Shown in pieces: positions 55,973-64,000 of a DNA stretch of 64,000 bases. The notes under the pieces were generated by a model. That model had not been told where the DNA came from, ran no database searches, and saw nothing but the letters and a program-made list of their open reading frames with translations. Positions within the stretch are counted from its first letter, which is position 1. Each line of letters opens with the position of its first letter. This DNA is from an uncultured Eubacteriales bacterium (lineage in GTDB: Bacteria; Bacillota; Clostridia; Oscillospirales; CAG-272), in assembly GCA_959601495.1 (NCBI GenBank), contig CAUGPT010000004.1:23964-87963 (forward strand). Reading direction: 5' to 3'. The translations under genes and the position numbers were made by a program.

Positions 55973-55992
55973 TTCGGTTATCGCTTCATTAC

Positions 55993-58761
55993 TCAGCGGG
56001 CAACCTCTTCCATTACAAATGCTTCGAGTATATCGCCCTCTTTGATATCGTTGAACTTTTCAAGTCCGATACCGCATTCGTAGCCCTGCTGAACTTCCTT
56101 GACGTCGTCCTTGAAGCGGCGCAGAGAGGATATTTTGTCCTCAAATACCACGACACCGTCGCGTACAACGCGTATCTGCGCGTTTCTGGTTATGGTGCCG
56201 TCCTGCACATAGGAGCCTGCGATGGTTCCGACGTTGGGCACGTGTATGGTCTGGCGGACCTGCGCGTGACCGAGCAGCTTCTCCACGAATTCGGGAGCAA
56301 GCATACCCTTCATTGCGGCGGTGATCTCTTCGATGCACTCGTAAATGATGCGGTATGTGCGGATGTCAACGCCCTGGCGCTCCGCGGAGTCTATGGCGCC
56401 CTTGTCGGGACGGACGTTGAAGCCGACTATAATTGCGTTGGATGCGGCGGCGAGCATTACGTCGCCCTCGGTTATGCCGCCGACTGCGGAGTGGATAACG
56501 CGTACACGGACTTCGTCGTTGGAGATCTTTTCAAGCGACTGCTTGACTGCCTCTGCACTGCCGCCGACGTCTGCCTTGACGATGATATTGAGCTCCTGCA
56601 CGCCCTCTTTGATCTGAGCGAACAGGTCGTCCAGATTGACTTTCGCGTTTGCGCGGAATTCTTCTTCCTTTGCCTTTGCGCGGCGCTGCTCCGCAAGGGT
56701 GCGCGCCATTCTTTCGTCCTCAACGGCGTTGAATTCGTCGCCCGCGAGAGGAACTTCCGCGAGACCGATGATCTCAACGGGTACGGAGGGACCTGCGGTC
56801 TTAAGGGTCTTGCCCTTATCGTCCGTCATTGCGCGGACACGGCCTACGGCGGTGCCGGCGATCACGATATCTCCGCTGTGGAGAGTACCGTTCTGTACAA
56901 GCACGGTCGCAACGGGGCCGCGGCCCTTATCAAGTCTTGCCTCAATGACGATACCTTTCGCGCGTCTGTCGGGGTTGGCTTTGTATTCCTTAACATCCGC
57001 GATGAGCAGGATGTTCTCAAGAAGCTCTTTTATGCCCTGACCGGTGATCGCGGAAACAGGCACACACATAACGTCGCCGCCCCATTCCTCGGGAACAAGG
57101 TCGTAGTTGGTGAGCTCTGTTTTGACCGCGTCGGGGTTTGCGCCGGGCTTATCCATTTTGTTGATGGCAACGATAATTTCCACTCCCGCAGCCTTTGCGT
57201 GGTTGATAGCCTCAACTGTCTGAGGCATGATGCCGTCGTCTGCCGCGACAACAAGGATAGCTATATCCGTTGCCTGCGCGCCTCTTGCTCTCATGGCGGT
57301 GAACGCCTCGTGTCCGGGGGTGTCGAGGAACGTTATGTCACGTCCGTCGATGTTGACGGTGTACGCGCCGATATGCTGAGTTATACCGCCCGCCTCGCCT
57401 TTGGTAACGTTTGTGTGGCGGATAGCGTCCAGAAGGGAAGTTTTACCGTGGTCAACGTGACCCATAACGCACACAACGGGCGGACGCTCTTTGAGGTTTT
57501 CTTCTTTGTCTTCGTTCTCGTTGAACAGCTTTTCCTCAATGGTAACGACAACTTCCTTGGAAACGACAGCGCCCAGCTCGTCTGCGATGAGGTATGCGGT
57601 ATCGTAGTCGATGATCTGGTTGACGGTCACCATCATGCCCATAAGCATAAGGCGCTTTACGACCTCTGCAGCCGTAACCTTCAGTCTGCTTGCAAGCTCG
57701 CCGACGGAGATCTCATCGGGGATGGAGACCTTGAGCGGCTGCTGCTTTGCTTTCATGGCTTCCTGCTTGCGCAGGCGCTCCATAGCGGCGCTTTCCTTGT
57801 TGCGTCCCTTGGAGGAGCGCATATTTGTATTCTGTTTTTTGAGCTTCTGCTTGTTGGAAGCGTTTTCTGCTCTGTTATCGGTTACAAAGTTATCAAGACG
57901 CTCGTCGTACTTGGAGAGATCCACCGATGCGGATCTTGTGTCCACAACGCGGGTAGCTCCGGTACGTTTGCGCTCGTTGCCTTGAGCCTGAGGCTTCTTT
58001 TTGCCCATGGTGCTCTGGTCGGGAGTAAAGCTGCGGTCCTGCCCCTGGACCTGCGATGCTTTCTGTTCGTAAGCCTGCTGTATACGGCCCTTTACGCTCT
58101 GCTGAGCCTTTTTGACATCTGCGGGGCGCGACTGCTCTTTTGCGGGGGATGCGGCTGCGGCGGGTTTTGTGCTCTGCGCCGCGCCCGATGCCGCGGGCTG
58201 ATTGCGGCGGCTGAACTCGGCACGGGCAGCGTCGGTGCGGGCTTTGTTTTCTCCCGCTCTCTGTTCTCTCTGCTTTGCGCGCTCAGCGCCCTCGGCTTTT
58301 GCTTTTTCCTCCGCCTGCGCGCGTGCGCGTGCGGCAGCTGCGGCCTTCAGAAGGGCAGCGTCCTTTGCCGCGGCTCTTGCCTCAGCCTCTGCCTTTGCCT
58401 CGGCTTCTGCCTTGGCCTTTGCCTCGGCTTCAGCCTTTGCTTTTGCCTCAGCCTCAGCCTTTGCTTTTGCGGCAGCCTCGGCTCTCTCGCGTTCAGCCTT
58501 TCTCTCGGCAGCTATTGCCGCTGCTTTTGAGGGTCTGACAGTGGGGATCCGTGTCTTGCCGTGCAGATAGCCGTCAATATCGGTTATCTGGTTCTCCTTT
58601 GTAAAAGCGTCAAAGAACATGTTGAATTCATCGGGCTCAAGAAGAGTCATGGTCTTTTTCGTTCCGAGACCCTCCTCCTCAAGCTTTGTGATGATATCCT
58701 TTGTTTTAATGTCCAGGTCCTTTGCAAGCTGGTTAATACGGAACATCGGGGCTTGTGCCAT
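55993..58761 (-). CDS. infB: Translation initiation factor IF-2
   Basis: N-terminal MAQ...[16 protein letters not shown], an AKAEAE-type low-complexity region, a G domain ([21 protein letters not shown]), and C-terminal beta barrels. 922 aa. Confidence 0.95.
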   Translation of the reverse strand: MAQAPMFRINQLAKDLDIKTKDIITKLEEEGLGTKKTMTLLEPDEFNMFFDAFTKENQITDIDGYLHGKTRIPTVRPSKAAAIAAERKAERERAEAAAKAKAEAEAKAKAEAEAKAKAEAEAKAEAEARAAAKDAALLKAAAAARARAQAEEKAKAEGAERAKQREQRAGENKARTDAARAEFSRRNQPAASGAAQSTKPAAAASPAKEQSRPADVKKAQQSVKGRIQQAYEQKASQVQGQDRSFTPDQSTMGKKKPQAQGNERKRTGATRVVDTRSASVDLSKYDERLDNFVTDNRAENASNKQKLKKQNTNMRSSKGRNKESAAMERLRKQEAMKAKQQPLKVSIPDEISVGELASRLKVTAAEVVKRLMLMGMMVTVNQIIDYDTAYLIADELGAVVSKEVVVTIEEKLFNENEDKEENLKERPPVVCVMGHVDHGKTSLLDAIRHTNVTKGEAGGITQHIGAYTVNIDGRDITFLDTPGHEAFTAMRARGAQATDIAILVVAADDGIMPQTVEAINHAKAAGVEIIVAINKMDKPGANPDAVKTELTNYDLVPEEWGGDVMCVPVSAITGQGIKELLENILLIADVKEYKANPDRRAKGIVIEARLDKGRGPVATVLVQNGTLHSGDIVIAGTAVGRVRAMTDDKGKTLKTAGPSVPVEIIGLAEVPLAGDEFNAVEDERMARTLAEQRRAKAKEEEFRANAKVNLDDLFAQIKEGVQELNIIVKADVGGSAEAVKQSLEKISNDEVRVRVIHSAVGGITEGDVMLAAASNAIIVGFNVRPDKGAIDSAERQGVDIRTYRIIYECIEEITAAMKGMLAPEFVEKLLGHAQVRQTIHVPNVGTIAGSYVQDGTITRNAQIRVVRDGVVVFEDKISSLRRFKDDVKEVQQGYECGIGLEKFNDIKEGDILEAFVMEEVAR
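58380..58475. repeat. 18-bp coding repeats in infB encoding (AKAEAE)n
   Basis: gcctttgcctcggcttctgccttggcctttgcctcggcttcagcctttgc... in the low-complexity N-terminal region. Confidence 0.7.
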
Positions 58762-58824
58762 ATTGTTGTACCTGTTCCCCTTTGGCGGGGATCCTTTCCT
58801 GTCAGATTACTGAATGATCATTAA

Positions 58825-59139
58825 TTAGTCTTCGGCATTTTTGATAATTTCTCTTGCCAGCGACGGCAGTGTTACCGCAGCCGTTGCCGCGGGTGAAATT
58901 TTGCCGCAGCGTTTTGCCAGAGTTTCCATATCGACGCACAGCGCGATAAGCGGAACATTATAAAATGCGCATTTGTCTTTTATCTGTTTTGCGGTGCGCT
59001 CGGAAGCGTCGGCGGAGAGAAGCACGCATATTCCGCTTTGCCTGCGGCGTATCGCCGACAGCACCTGATCGGTGCCGAAAACGGCGTTTCTGCCAGCGGC
59101 GGCAAGGGAAACATACTTTAGTATCTTGTCAGTGTTCAT
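58825..59139 (-). CDS. L7Ae-family ribosomal-like protein (YlxQ)
   Basis: 104 aa: AAAGRNAVFGTDQVL...ICVLLSADASERT...NVPLI. Sits between ylxR and infB. Confidence 0.75.
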   Translation of the reverse strand: MNTDKILKYVSLAAAGRNAVFGTDQVLSAIRRRQSGICVLLSADASERTAKQIKDKCAFYNVPLIALCVDMETLAKRCGKISPAATAAVTLPSLAREIIKNAED

Positions 59140-59440
59140 CTTTTTCGCTCTCTTCTTTTTCGCAGAGCTCTATTTCTTCCTCAAGCGCCTGAAGAACGCT
59201 TTCCGGAATTTCGACCTCGAGAGCGGACTTTATGCGGTTCTGCTTTCTTGCCTTTCTGAAGCAGGCTGCCTTTTTGCAGATGTATGCTCCGCGGCCTCCC
59301 GCTTTGCCGGTAAAGTCAAGCGACACCGTGCCCTCCGGGCTTCGCACTATTCTGATAAGCTCTTTTTTGGGAAAAGATTCGCCGCAGCCCGTGCATCGGC
59401 GCAGCGGAATTTTTCTCGGTTTCGCATTTTTCGGGGACAT
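59129..59440 (-). CDS. ylxR: YlxR/RnpM family RNA-binding protein (DUF448)
   Basis: PLRRCTGCGESFPKKELIRIV....GRGAYIC. Start MSPKN (ATG at 59440) sits 6 nt after AGGAGG. Confidence 0.75.
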   Translation of the reverse strand: MSPKNAKPRKIPLRRCTGCGESFPKKELIRIVRSPEGTVSLDFTGKAGGRGAYICKKAACFRKARKQNRIKSALEVEIPESVLQALEEEIELCEKEESEKDEH

Positions 59441-59503
59441 GGCGTACCTCCTGCGCACTAAAGCCTTGGCAGGTTATCTGCGGCTTTTTGCGCGCTTTTT
59501 TCT

Positions 59504-60529
59504 TTATCTGCCTTTGATATCTATTTTGCAGCCGGTGAGTCTTGCCGCAAGGCGGGCGTTCTGTCCCTCCTTGCCGATGGCAAGTGAAAGCTGATCTCCG
59601 GCGACCGTTACGATCGCGCTTCTCTCGCTTTCCATTTCAACATCGATGACCTCGGCGGGTGAAAGTGCTGCCGCAACGAAGTCCTCGGGGATGTCGGAAT
59701 ATTCGATAACGTCGATCTTTTCTCCGCGCAGCTCGTCAACGATGTCGGCGATACGGCGGCCTCTTTCACCTATGCAGGCGCCTACGGGGTCAACGTTTTC
59801 GTCTCTGGAGTACACGGCGATCTTGGAGCGGCTGCCCGCTTCTCTTGCGACGCTGTGGATAAGGACGATACCGTCCTCGATCTCGGGGATCTCGGTCTCG
59901 AACAGGCGCTTTACGAAGTTCGGATGCGTTCTCGAAAGCGTTACCATGGGACCTGACTGGCTGTCGCGGCGAACTTCGGTTACGAACACCTTGATGTGAT
60001 CGCCCACCTCAAATGTCTCGCCGGGTATCTGCTCGGAAGCGCTGAGCACCGCTTCGCTTGTGCCGGTGTCGATAACGATGTCTCCGGAGGAGTCGGCGGT
60101 TTTTGTAACGACGGCTGTGATGACCTCTTCGCGCTTTTTCTCGTATTCTCTGATCATGCTGCTGCGCTCGGCCTCACGGATGCCCTGGATGATGACCTGC
60201 TTTGCGGTCTGGGCGCTGAGTCTGCCGAACGCCTTTGTCTTTACTTCGGTCTCAAGAACGCCGCCTACGGTGCTGCGTCTGTTGTGAGCCTTTGCGTCCT
60301 CAAGGGAGATCTGCGTTTCGGGGTCTTCAACGTTCTCAACGATCTCCTTGCACTCATATACCCGAACGTCTTTTTTCTCGGGGTCTATGACAACGCGCAC
60401 ATTTGCCTTGCCGTATTCTTTCTTGAAGGCGCTTATAAGCGCCGCCTCTACTTTTTCGATCATGTAATCCTTCGGTATGCCCTTGGTCTGCTCCAGAAGG
60501 TCAAGGGCGTTGAAAAATTCCGTGTTCAT
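59504..60529 (-). CDS. nusA: Transcription termination/antitermination factor NusA
   Basis: N-terminal domain, S1 domain, and KH1/KH2 motifs (...IGKEGQNARLAARLTG). 341 aa. Confidence 0.9.
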   Translation of the reverse strand: MNTEFFNALDLLEQTKGIPKDYMIEKVEAALISAFKKEYGKANVRVVIDPEKKDVRVYECKEIVENVEDPETQISLEDAKAHNRRSTVGGVLETEVKTKAFGRLSAQTAKQVIIQGIREAERSSMIREYEKKREEVITAVVTKTADSSGDIVIDTGTSEAVLSASEQIPGETFEVGDHIKVFVTEVRRDSQSGPMVTLSRTHPNFVKRLFETEIPEIEDGIVLIHSVAREAGSRSKIAVYSRDENVDPVGACIGERGRRIADIVDELRGEKIDVIEYSDIPEDFVAAALSPAEVIDVEMESERSAIVTVAGDQLSLAIGKEGQNARLAARLTGCKIDIKGR

Positions 60530-60569
60530 TACAGTTTCCAGCCTTTCTCAGTATATATTGATTGTGTTA

Positions 60570-61037
60570 TTACCATTCAAATACGGTAGATACCTTTGCG
60601 ACCGCGTCGCGGGGGATCGCTGTCTCGCCGCCGTCCTCTTCAACGGTTATTTTATCGGCGTCCGCAGACTTGAGTATGCCCGTCAGCTGCTTTCTGCCGT
60701 AAAGGGGCGCATACAGACGGACTTCGACCTTCTCGCCCAGGCATGCTTCAAAGTGCTCAGGGCGGGTAAGAATGCGCTCAACTCCGGGGGAGGAGACCTC
60801 CAGCCGGTAAGAATCCTCGATGGGATCCGCTTCGTCGATCGCGGGGTCTATCGCGCGGGAGACCTTTTCGCAGTCCTCAATGCCGATGCCCTCGGGACTG
60901 TCGATGGTAATGCGCAGTATCATATCGGCGCCTTCTTTGACGTATTCAACGTCCCAAAGCATATATCCCAGCCCGGCAATGATAGGCTCAACGATAGAGC
61001 GAACAGTGCCTGCCGTGTTCTTTTTCTGCTTTTCCAT
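60570..61037 (-). CDS. rimP: Ribosome maturation factor RimP
   Basis: Start MEKQKK (RBS aaagg). ...YMLWDVEYVKEGADMILRITID...RLEVSSPGVERIL. Confidence 0.8.
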   Translation of the reverse strand: MEKQKKNTAGTVRSIVEPIIAGLGYMLWDVEYVKEGADMILRITIDSPEGIGIEDCEKVSRAIDPAIDEADPIEDSYRLEVSSPGVERILTRPEHFEACLGEKVEVRLYAPLYGRKQLTGILKSADADKITVEEDGGETAIPRDAVAKVSTVFEW

Positions 61038-61181
61038 TATTCTGCCTTTCTTTACAGAAGAATACTTGCTTTTCATAAAACAGAGAGTGGGCAGAACCCA
61101 CTCTCCGTTTACTACTTACTATTACATCATAAATAATATATCACACAAGACAGGCAAATGCAATAGTTTTGCAGAAAAAAT

Positions 61182-61754
61182 TTATAAAATTCCTTTGTTT
61201 TCGGCGCCGTCGGCCATGTTTTCGCCGACCGCGGTGCCGTGCTCGCCGCTGAGGTCAGCAATGTCGGCTTCGGGCACGGTACGGGTCGCACCGCCGAGGC
61301 CAGCTGTGCCGGTGTCGTGCTCGGTTTCGGGCTCGGTTCGGGTCGCGCCCTTGTCGGCGCCGTATTCGGCATCCGGGAGGTCGCTTTTTGCACTCTGTCC
61401 GCCTCCCGCGCTCTCACTTTCCTTCGTGCCTATCGCAGCGTCGGAAACACCGCCCGCAGCGTCGGGTTCAACGAGACCCGCGTCCGCCGTGCCGCCGCCC
61501 GCCGTGCCGCCGCTCACTGCGGCGCCGCCCGCCGCGGCATCCTCGGCTTCCGCCGCTTTTTTTGGCATATTGAGAACCGCGGCAAGTCCCGCGGCGACGG
61601 ATGAGACCGCAAGACCCATAAGTGCCGTGCGCATGACCGAAAGATCCTCGCCGCCCGTCGATACCGCAAGTACAATGTGCGCGGCAAGATATGCCGCTGC
61701 CGCCTCAATAAACGTCCTGAGCGCGCGCTTTATACATTCGCTCCACTTTTTCAT
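61182..61754 (-). CDS. Putative holin-like two-TM membrane protein with a long Gly/Ala/Asp/Thr-rich tail
   Basis: N-terminus MKKWSECIKRALRTFIEAAAAYLAAHIVLAV resembles the phage holin (LL-H/phi-LC3 type) opening. Two TM helices, then a ~110-aa low-complexity tail. Confidence 0.45.
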   Translation of the reverse strand: MKKWSECIKRALRTFIEAAAAYLAAHIVLAVSTGGEDLSVMRTALMGLAVSSVAAGLAAVLNMPKKAAEAEDAAAGGAAVSGGTAGGGTADAGLVEPDAAGGVSDAAIGTKESESAGGGQSAKSDLPDAEYGADKGATRTEPETEHDTGTAGLGGATRTVPEADIADLSGEHGTAVGENMADGAENKGIL

Positions 61755-62065
61755 TCTTTCAGCTCCTTTGAAATTTCTTTTGCGCCGCTTTTTCGGTCGG
61801 CGCTCTCTTTGTACTTTTCGGCGTACGGGCAGCCGTCAAGACCGTTTTCGAGCTCCGCTATCTTATCCCAGAGCTCGGCAAGCCCGCCGTACATCTCCTC
61901 GTGCTCACGGTCATTGTCGCTTGCAAATGAGGCAAGCGTTGAATTCAGTATCTCAACCGAGCAGTTCAGCTTTGTAAGCGTTACGGACAGCCCGTATATG
62001 ATCCTGCCGATGGCAATTCCCGCGCTGATAAGCGCAATGAGGCCGACCACTATTTCCCATGTCAT
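61751..62065 (-). CDS. Small membrane protein (N-terminal TM + coiled-coil), translationally coupled to the holin-like gene
   Basis: MTWEIVVGLIALISAGIAIGRIIYGL TM, then ...EEMYGGLAELWDKIAELENG. The stop overlaps the downstream start (ATGA). Confidence 0.5.
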   Translation of the reverse strand: MTWEIVVGLIALISAGIAIGRIIYGLSVTLTKLNCSVEILNSTLASFASDNDREHEEMYGGLAELWDKIAELENGLDGCPYAEKYKESADRKSGAKEISKELKE

Positions 62066-62256
62066 TTGCTTTCGTATTCCTTTCTTTTTTTCTTTCGGGG
62101 CAGAATCATTATAATGCAGAGCGCAGCATAAGTTCTCCCCGTTTCATTCTATGCGGCGCATCTCTTTTGCGGGCGGCGCGTGTTGACAAACCGGGCGGAT
62201 ACTGCTATAATTGTGTCAGAAAATTACAGTTGCGCAGCATAGGGAGGACACAAAAA

Positions 62257-63036
62257 ATGGAAAGAAAAAGGATTGCCGTTGTGACAGGTGCTTCAAGCGG
62301 TATCGGCAAGCGCTTTGCCGAAACACTGGAGCGCGCAGGCAGCTTTGACGAGGTGTGGGTCATAGCCCGCAGGCTCGACCGTCTTGAGGCGCTGAAGGAA
62401 ACGCTCAAATTTCCCGTCCGTCCCGTTGCTCTGGACCTTTCCGACAGAGAAAGCTTTGCAAAATACGATTCTCTTCTGAAAGAAGAAGATCCCGACGTGG
62501 CGTTGCTTATAAACTGCAGCGGCTTCGGCAAGTTTGCCGCGACCGTGGATGTCCCGCTTTCGGATAACCTGAATATGGTAGATCTTAACTGCGAGGCAGT
62601 CATGGCGATGTGCCAGCTCACCCTGCCTTCTATGAAGAGCGGCGCAAGGATCATAAATATTGCATCCGTCGCCGCATACCAGCCTATACCGTACATAAAC
62701 GTCTATGCCGCCACAAAAGCATTCGTTCTGAGCTTTTCGAGAGCGCTCGCAAGGGAGGTGCGCAAATCGGGTATCACGGTTACGGCGGTCTGCCCGTTCT
62801 GGACAAAAACCGAGTTTTTCAACAGAGCCAAAAAGGGGGACGCTGACGACATCGTCAAAAAGTACACGGCGATGTACGAGCCCGAGCAGATAGTTAACAG
62901 GGCATGGCGCGACGCTCTGCGCGGACGCGACATCAGCCGCTTCGGTTTCGTGGCGATAGCCCAGGGAGTGCTTGCGAAGACCCTGCCTCACAGCCTTGTG
63001 ATGAACGTCTGGCAGAGACAGCAGAAGCTTAAATAA
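62257..63036 (+). CDS. SDR family short-chain dehydrogenase/reductase
   Basis: Start MERKRIAVVTGASSGIGKRFAE (RBS ggaggacacaaaaa). TGxxxGIG, NNAG-like CSGFG, catalytic YAATKAF. Confidence 0.85.
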   Translation: MERKRIAVVTGASSGIGKRFAETLERAGSFDEVWVIARRLDRLEALKETLKFPVRPVALDLSDRESFAKYDSLLKEEDPDVALLINCSGFGKFAATVDVPLSDNLNMVDLNCEAVMAMCQLTLPSMKSGARIINIASVAAYQPIPYINVYAATKAFVLSFSRALAREVRKSGITVTAVCPFWTKTEFFNRAKKGDADDIVKKYTAMYEPEQIVNRAWRDALRGRDISRFGFVAIAQGVLAKTLPHSLVMNVWQRQQKLK

Positions 63037-63074
63037 ATCGGAGTAAAGCGGAGCCCGAAAAAAGCGAGACCGCA

Positions 63075-63662
63075 ATGCCGAAAAAGCCCGGGACAGGGCT
63101 TTTGATAAGAGAAGGGGGCTGCGCTGTGAACAGTGAGCCGACATGTGACAGGGAAAAAAGCGTGTGCTTTACGGGGCATCGCATTATAAGCCGCAAGGAC
63201 TCGGCAGACCTTATGCCGAAGCTGTACAGCACGGTAACACAGCTTGCGGCGGACGGATACGATACATTCATCTGCGGAGGTGCCGTCGGTTTCGATACGG
63301 ACGCGGCGGAGTGCGTTTTGGGACTGAAAGAGCGCGGAGCCGACCTTCGCCTTATACTCGCCCTGCCTTGCAGGGATCAGACCGTGAAATGGAACGATAC
63401 GGAGAGCGTCAAACGGTATAAAAAAATTCTCGGCAGCGCCGACGGCGTTGTGTATGCTGAGGATTTTTATACAAGCGACTGTATGCACAGGCGCAACCGC
63501 TGGATGGCGGATAACTCAAGCGTTTGCGTCGCGTATTGCAAACACACGCGCGGAGGGAGCGTATATACAGTAAAATATGCTCTGAAAAACGGGCTTCAGG
63601 TCATAAACCTCGCCGATGAGTGCGACACGGATCAGTGCCGCATCGAAGAATGCGATATGTAA
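63075..63662 (+). CDS. YpsA-like SLOG family protein (DUF1273)
   Basis: VCFTGHR...FICGGAVGFDTDAAECVL...LILALPCRDQ. The true start is probably the GTG at 63126, after agaaggggg. Confidence 0.6.
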   Translation: MPKKPGTGLLIREGGCAVNSEPTCDREKSVCFTGHRIISRKDSADLMPKLYSTVTQLAADGYDTFICGGAVGFDTDAAECVLGLKERGADLRLILALPCRDQTVKWNDTESVKRYKKILGSADGVVYAEDFYTSDCMHRRNRWMADNSSVCVAYCKHTRGGSVYTVKYALKNGLQVINLADECDTDQCRIEECDM

Positions 63663-63664
63663 AA

Positions 63665-63697
63665 AACCAAGGCTGCCGCATGGCAGACTTGGTTTTT
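63665..63697 (+). terminator. Rho-independent terminator
   Basis: aaccaaggctgccgc-atg-gcagacttggtt followed by tttgtctttt. Confidence 0.8.
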
Positions 63698-63765
63698 GTC
63701 TTTTACTCAAATTGTTTTTGCCGTCTCCTCACCGAAATATTGAAACTGCGTATTTTAAGTTTCTT

Positions 63766-63960
63766 TGCTAAGCACTTTAAACTTTACTGTCAGCTTATCG
63801 AACGCAAGCCGGAAAAACGTGAAGGGACTGCTTCTCCGGTAGCGGGCAGCTTTAAACTTTCGGAATTGGCAAAGCATTTCAAACTTTGATGTCAGCTTGC
63901 CGAACTTAAGTAAGAAAGACGTGAAGGGACTACTTTTCCGTAAGTAGCCCCTTCACACAT
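63766..63960. repeat. Two ~95-bp imperfect direct repeats, each with an internal hairpin
   Basis: Copy 1: aagcactttaaactttactgtcagcttatcgaacgcaagccggaaaaacgtgaagggactgcttctccggtagcgggcagc. Copy 2: aagcatttcaaactttgatgtcagcttgccgaacttaagtaagaaagacgtgaagggactacttttccgtaagtagcccc. Extends to the window edge. Confidence 0.7.
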
Positions 63961-64000
63961 CCCCGACCACTGGAGCAAAAGCGGTCGAGCTGTCGCCCGC

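Larger units (their letters stand above)
54369..55979 (-). pseudogene. N-terminally truncated gene remnant: zincin-like (HEVTH) domain, helical region, and a C-terminal acetyltransferase-like beta domain; no start codon
   Basis: The reading frame is open from the stop at 55977-55979, with no in-frame ATG, GTG or TTG plus RBS before the HExxH motif. It reads ...IGEALKNGAYDEKTNTIYLRADATYNATDVRGILGHTLAHEVTHS.... The listed GTG at 55832 has no RBS and would start just 10 residues before the metal-binding helix. Visibly AT-richer than its neighbours. The 3' end reads through the terminator hairpin. Confidence 0.6.

Noticed and set aside
58266-58509. AKAEAE low-complexity repeats in infB as a separate feature of interest
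   Set aside because: Charged low-complexity N-terminal regions are common in IF-2 of many bacteria. Noted as a repeat feature only.
55843-58530. 895-aa plus-strand ORF overlapping infB
   Set aside because: Antisense of the IF-2 gene. Low-complexity Leu/Cys/Gly-rich translation that mirrors the infB Ala/Glu/Lys repeats.

Overview
This 64-kb window looks like chromosomal DNA from a high-GC, endospore-forming member of the Clostridia, on the evidence of spoIIP, gpr and a cotJABC operon. That assignment is an inference from gene content only, not a database hit. Gene density is high and most loci are housekeeping: the ftsZ 3' end, hom, a type II pantothenate kinase, gpr-spoIIP, a peptide ABC binding protein, a sigma-70 family factor, cotJA-cotJB-cotJC, rnhA, DUF1015, murA, trmK-nif3, two RluA-family pseudouridine synthases, lnt, upp, a complete F0F1 ATP synthase operon, and rimP-nusA-ylxR-L7Ae-infB. 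An accessory-looking block lies at 12.5-34.8 kb. Part A is an N-terminal zinc-ribbon, single-pass membrane protein full of tandem repeats, followed by an ABC ATPase and two ABC-2-type permeases. Part B is a 1533-aa secreted protein with three cohesin-like modules, three Cys/His-rich modules and a beta-helix domain, expressed from a perfect TTGACA-17-TATAAT promoter. Part C is a polysaccharide locus: two GT4 glycosyltransferases, a Wzy-like polymerase, a pyruvyl transferase, a Wzx flippase, an F420H2-dehydrogenase-beta-like Fe-S protein and rubredoxin. Other notable items are a CotJA with a Gly/Cys-rich repeat extension, an NfeD-flotillin pair in which NfeD carries an (DHDIGGHDVGF)n His/Asp repeat, a 74-aa ATP synthase delta subunit, and an AT-rich gene fragment (zincin HExxH plus acetyltransferase-like C-terminus, no start codon) between the atp operon and infB. 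There is also a holin-like/small membrane protein pair beside rimP, 42-bp intergenic tandem repeats, and a pair of ~95-bp direct repeats at the window edge. Several promoters match the sigma-A consensus exactly, and most operon ends carry clear rho-independent terminators. I saw no CRISPR array and no tRNA or rRNA genes. All product calls rest on motif recognition in the supplied translations; no database search was possible.
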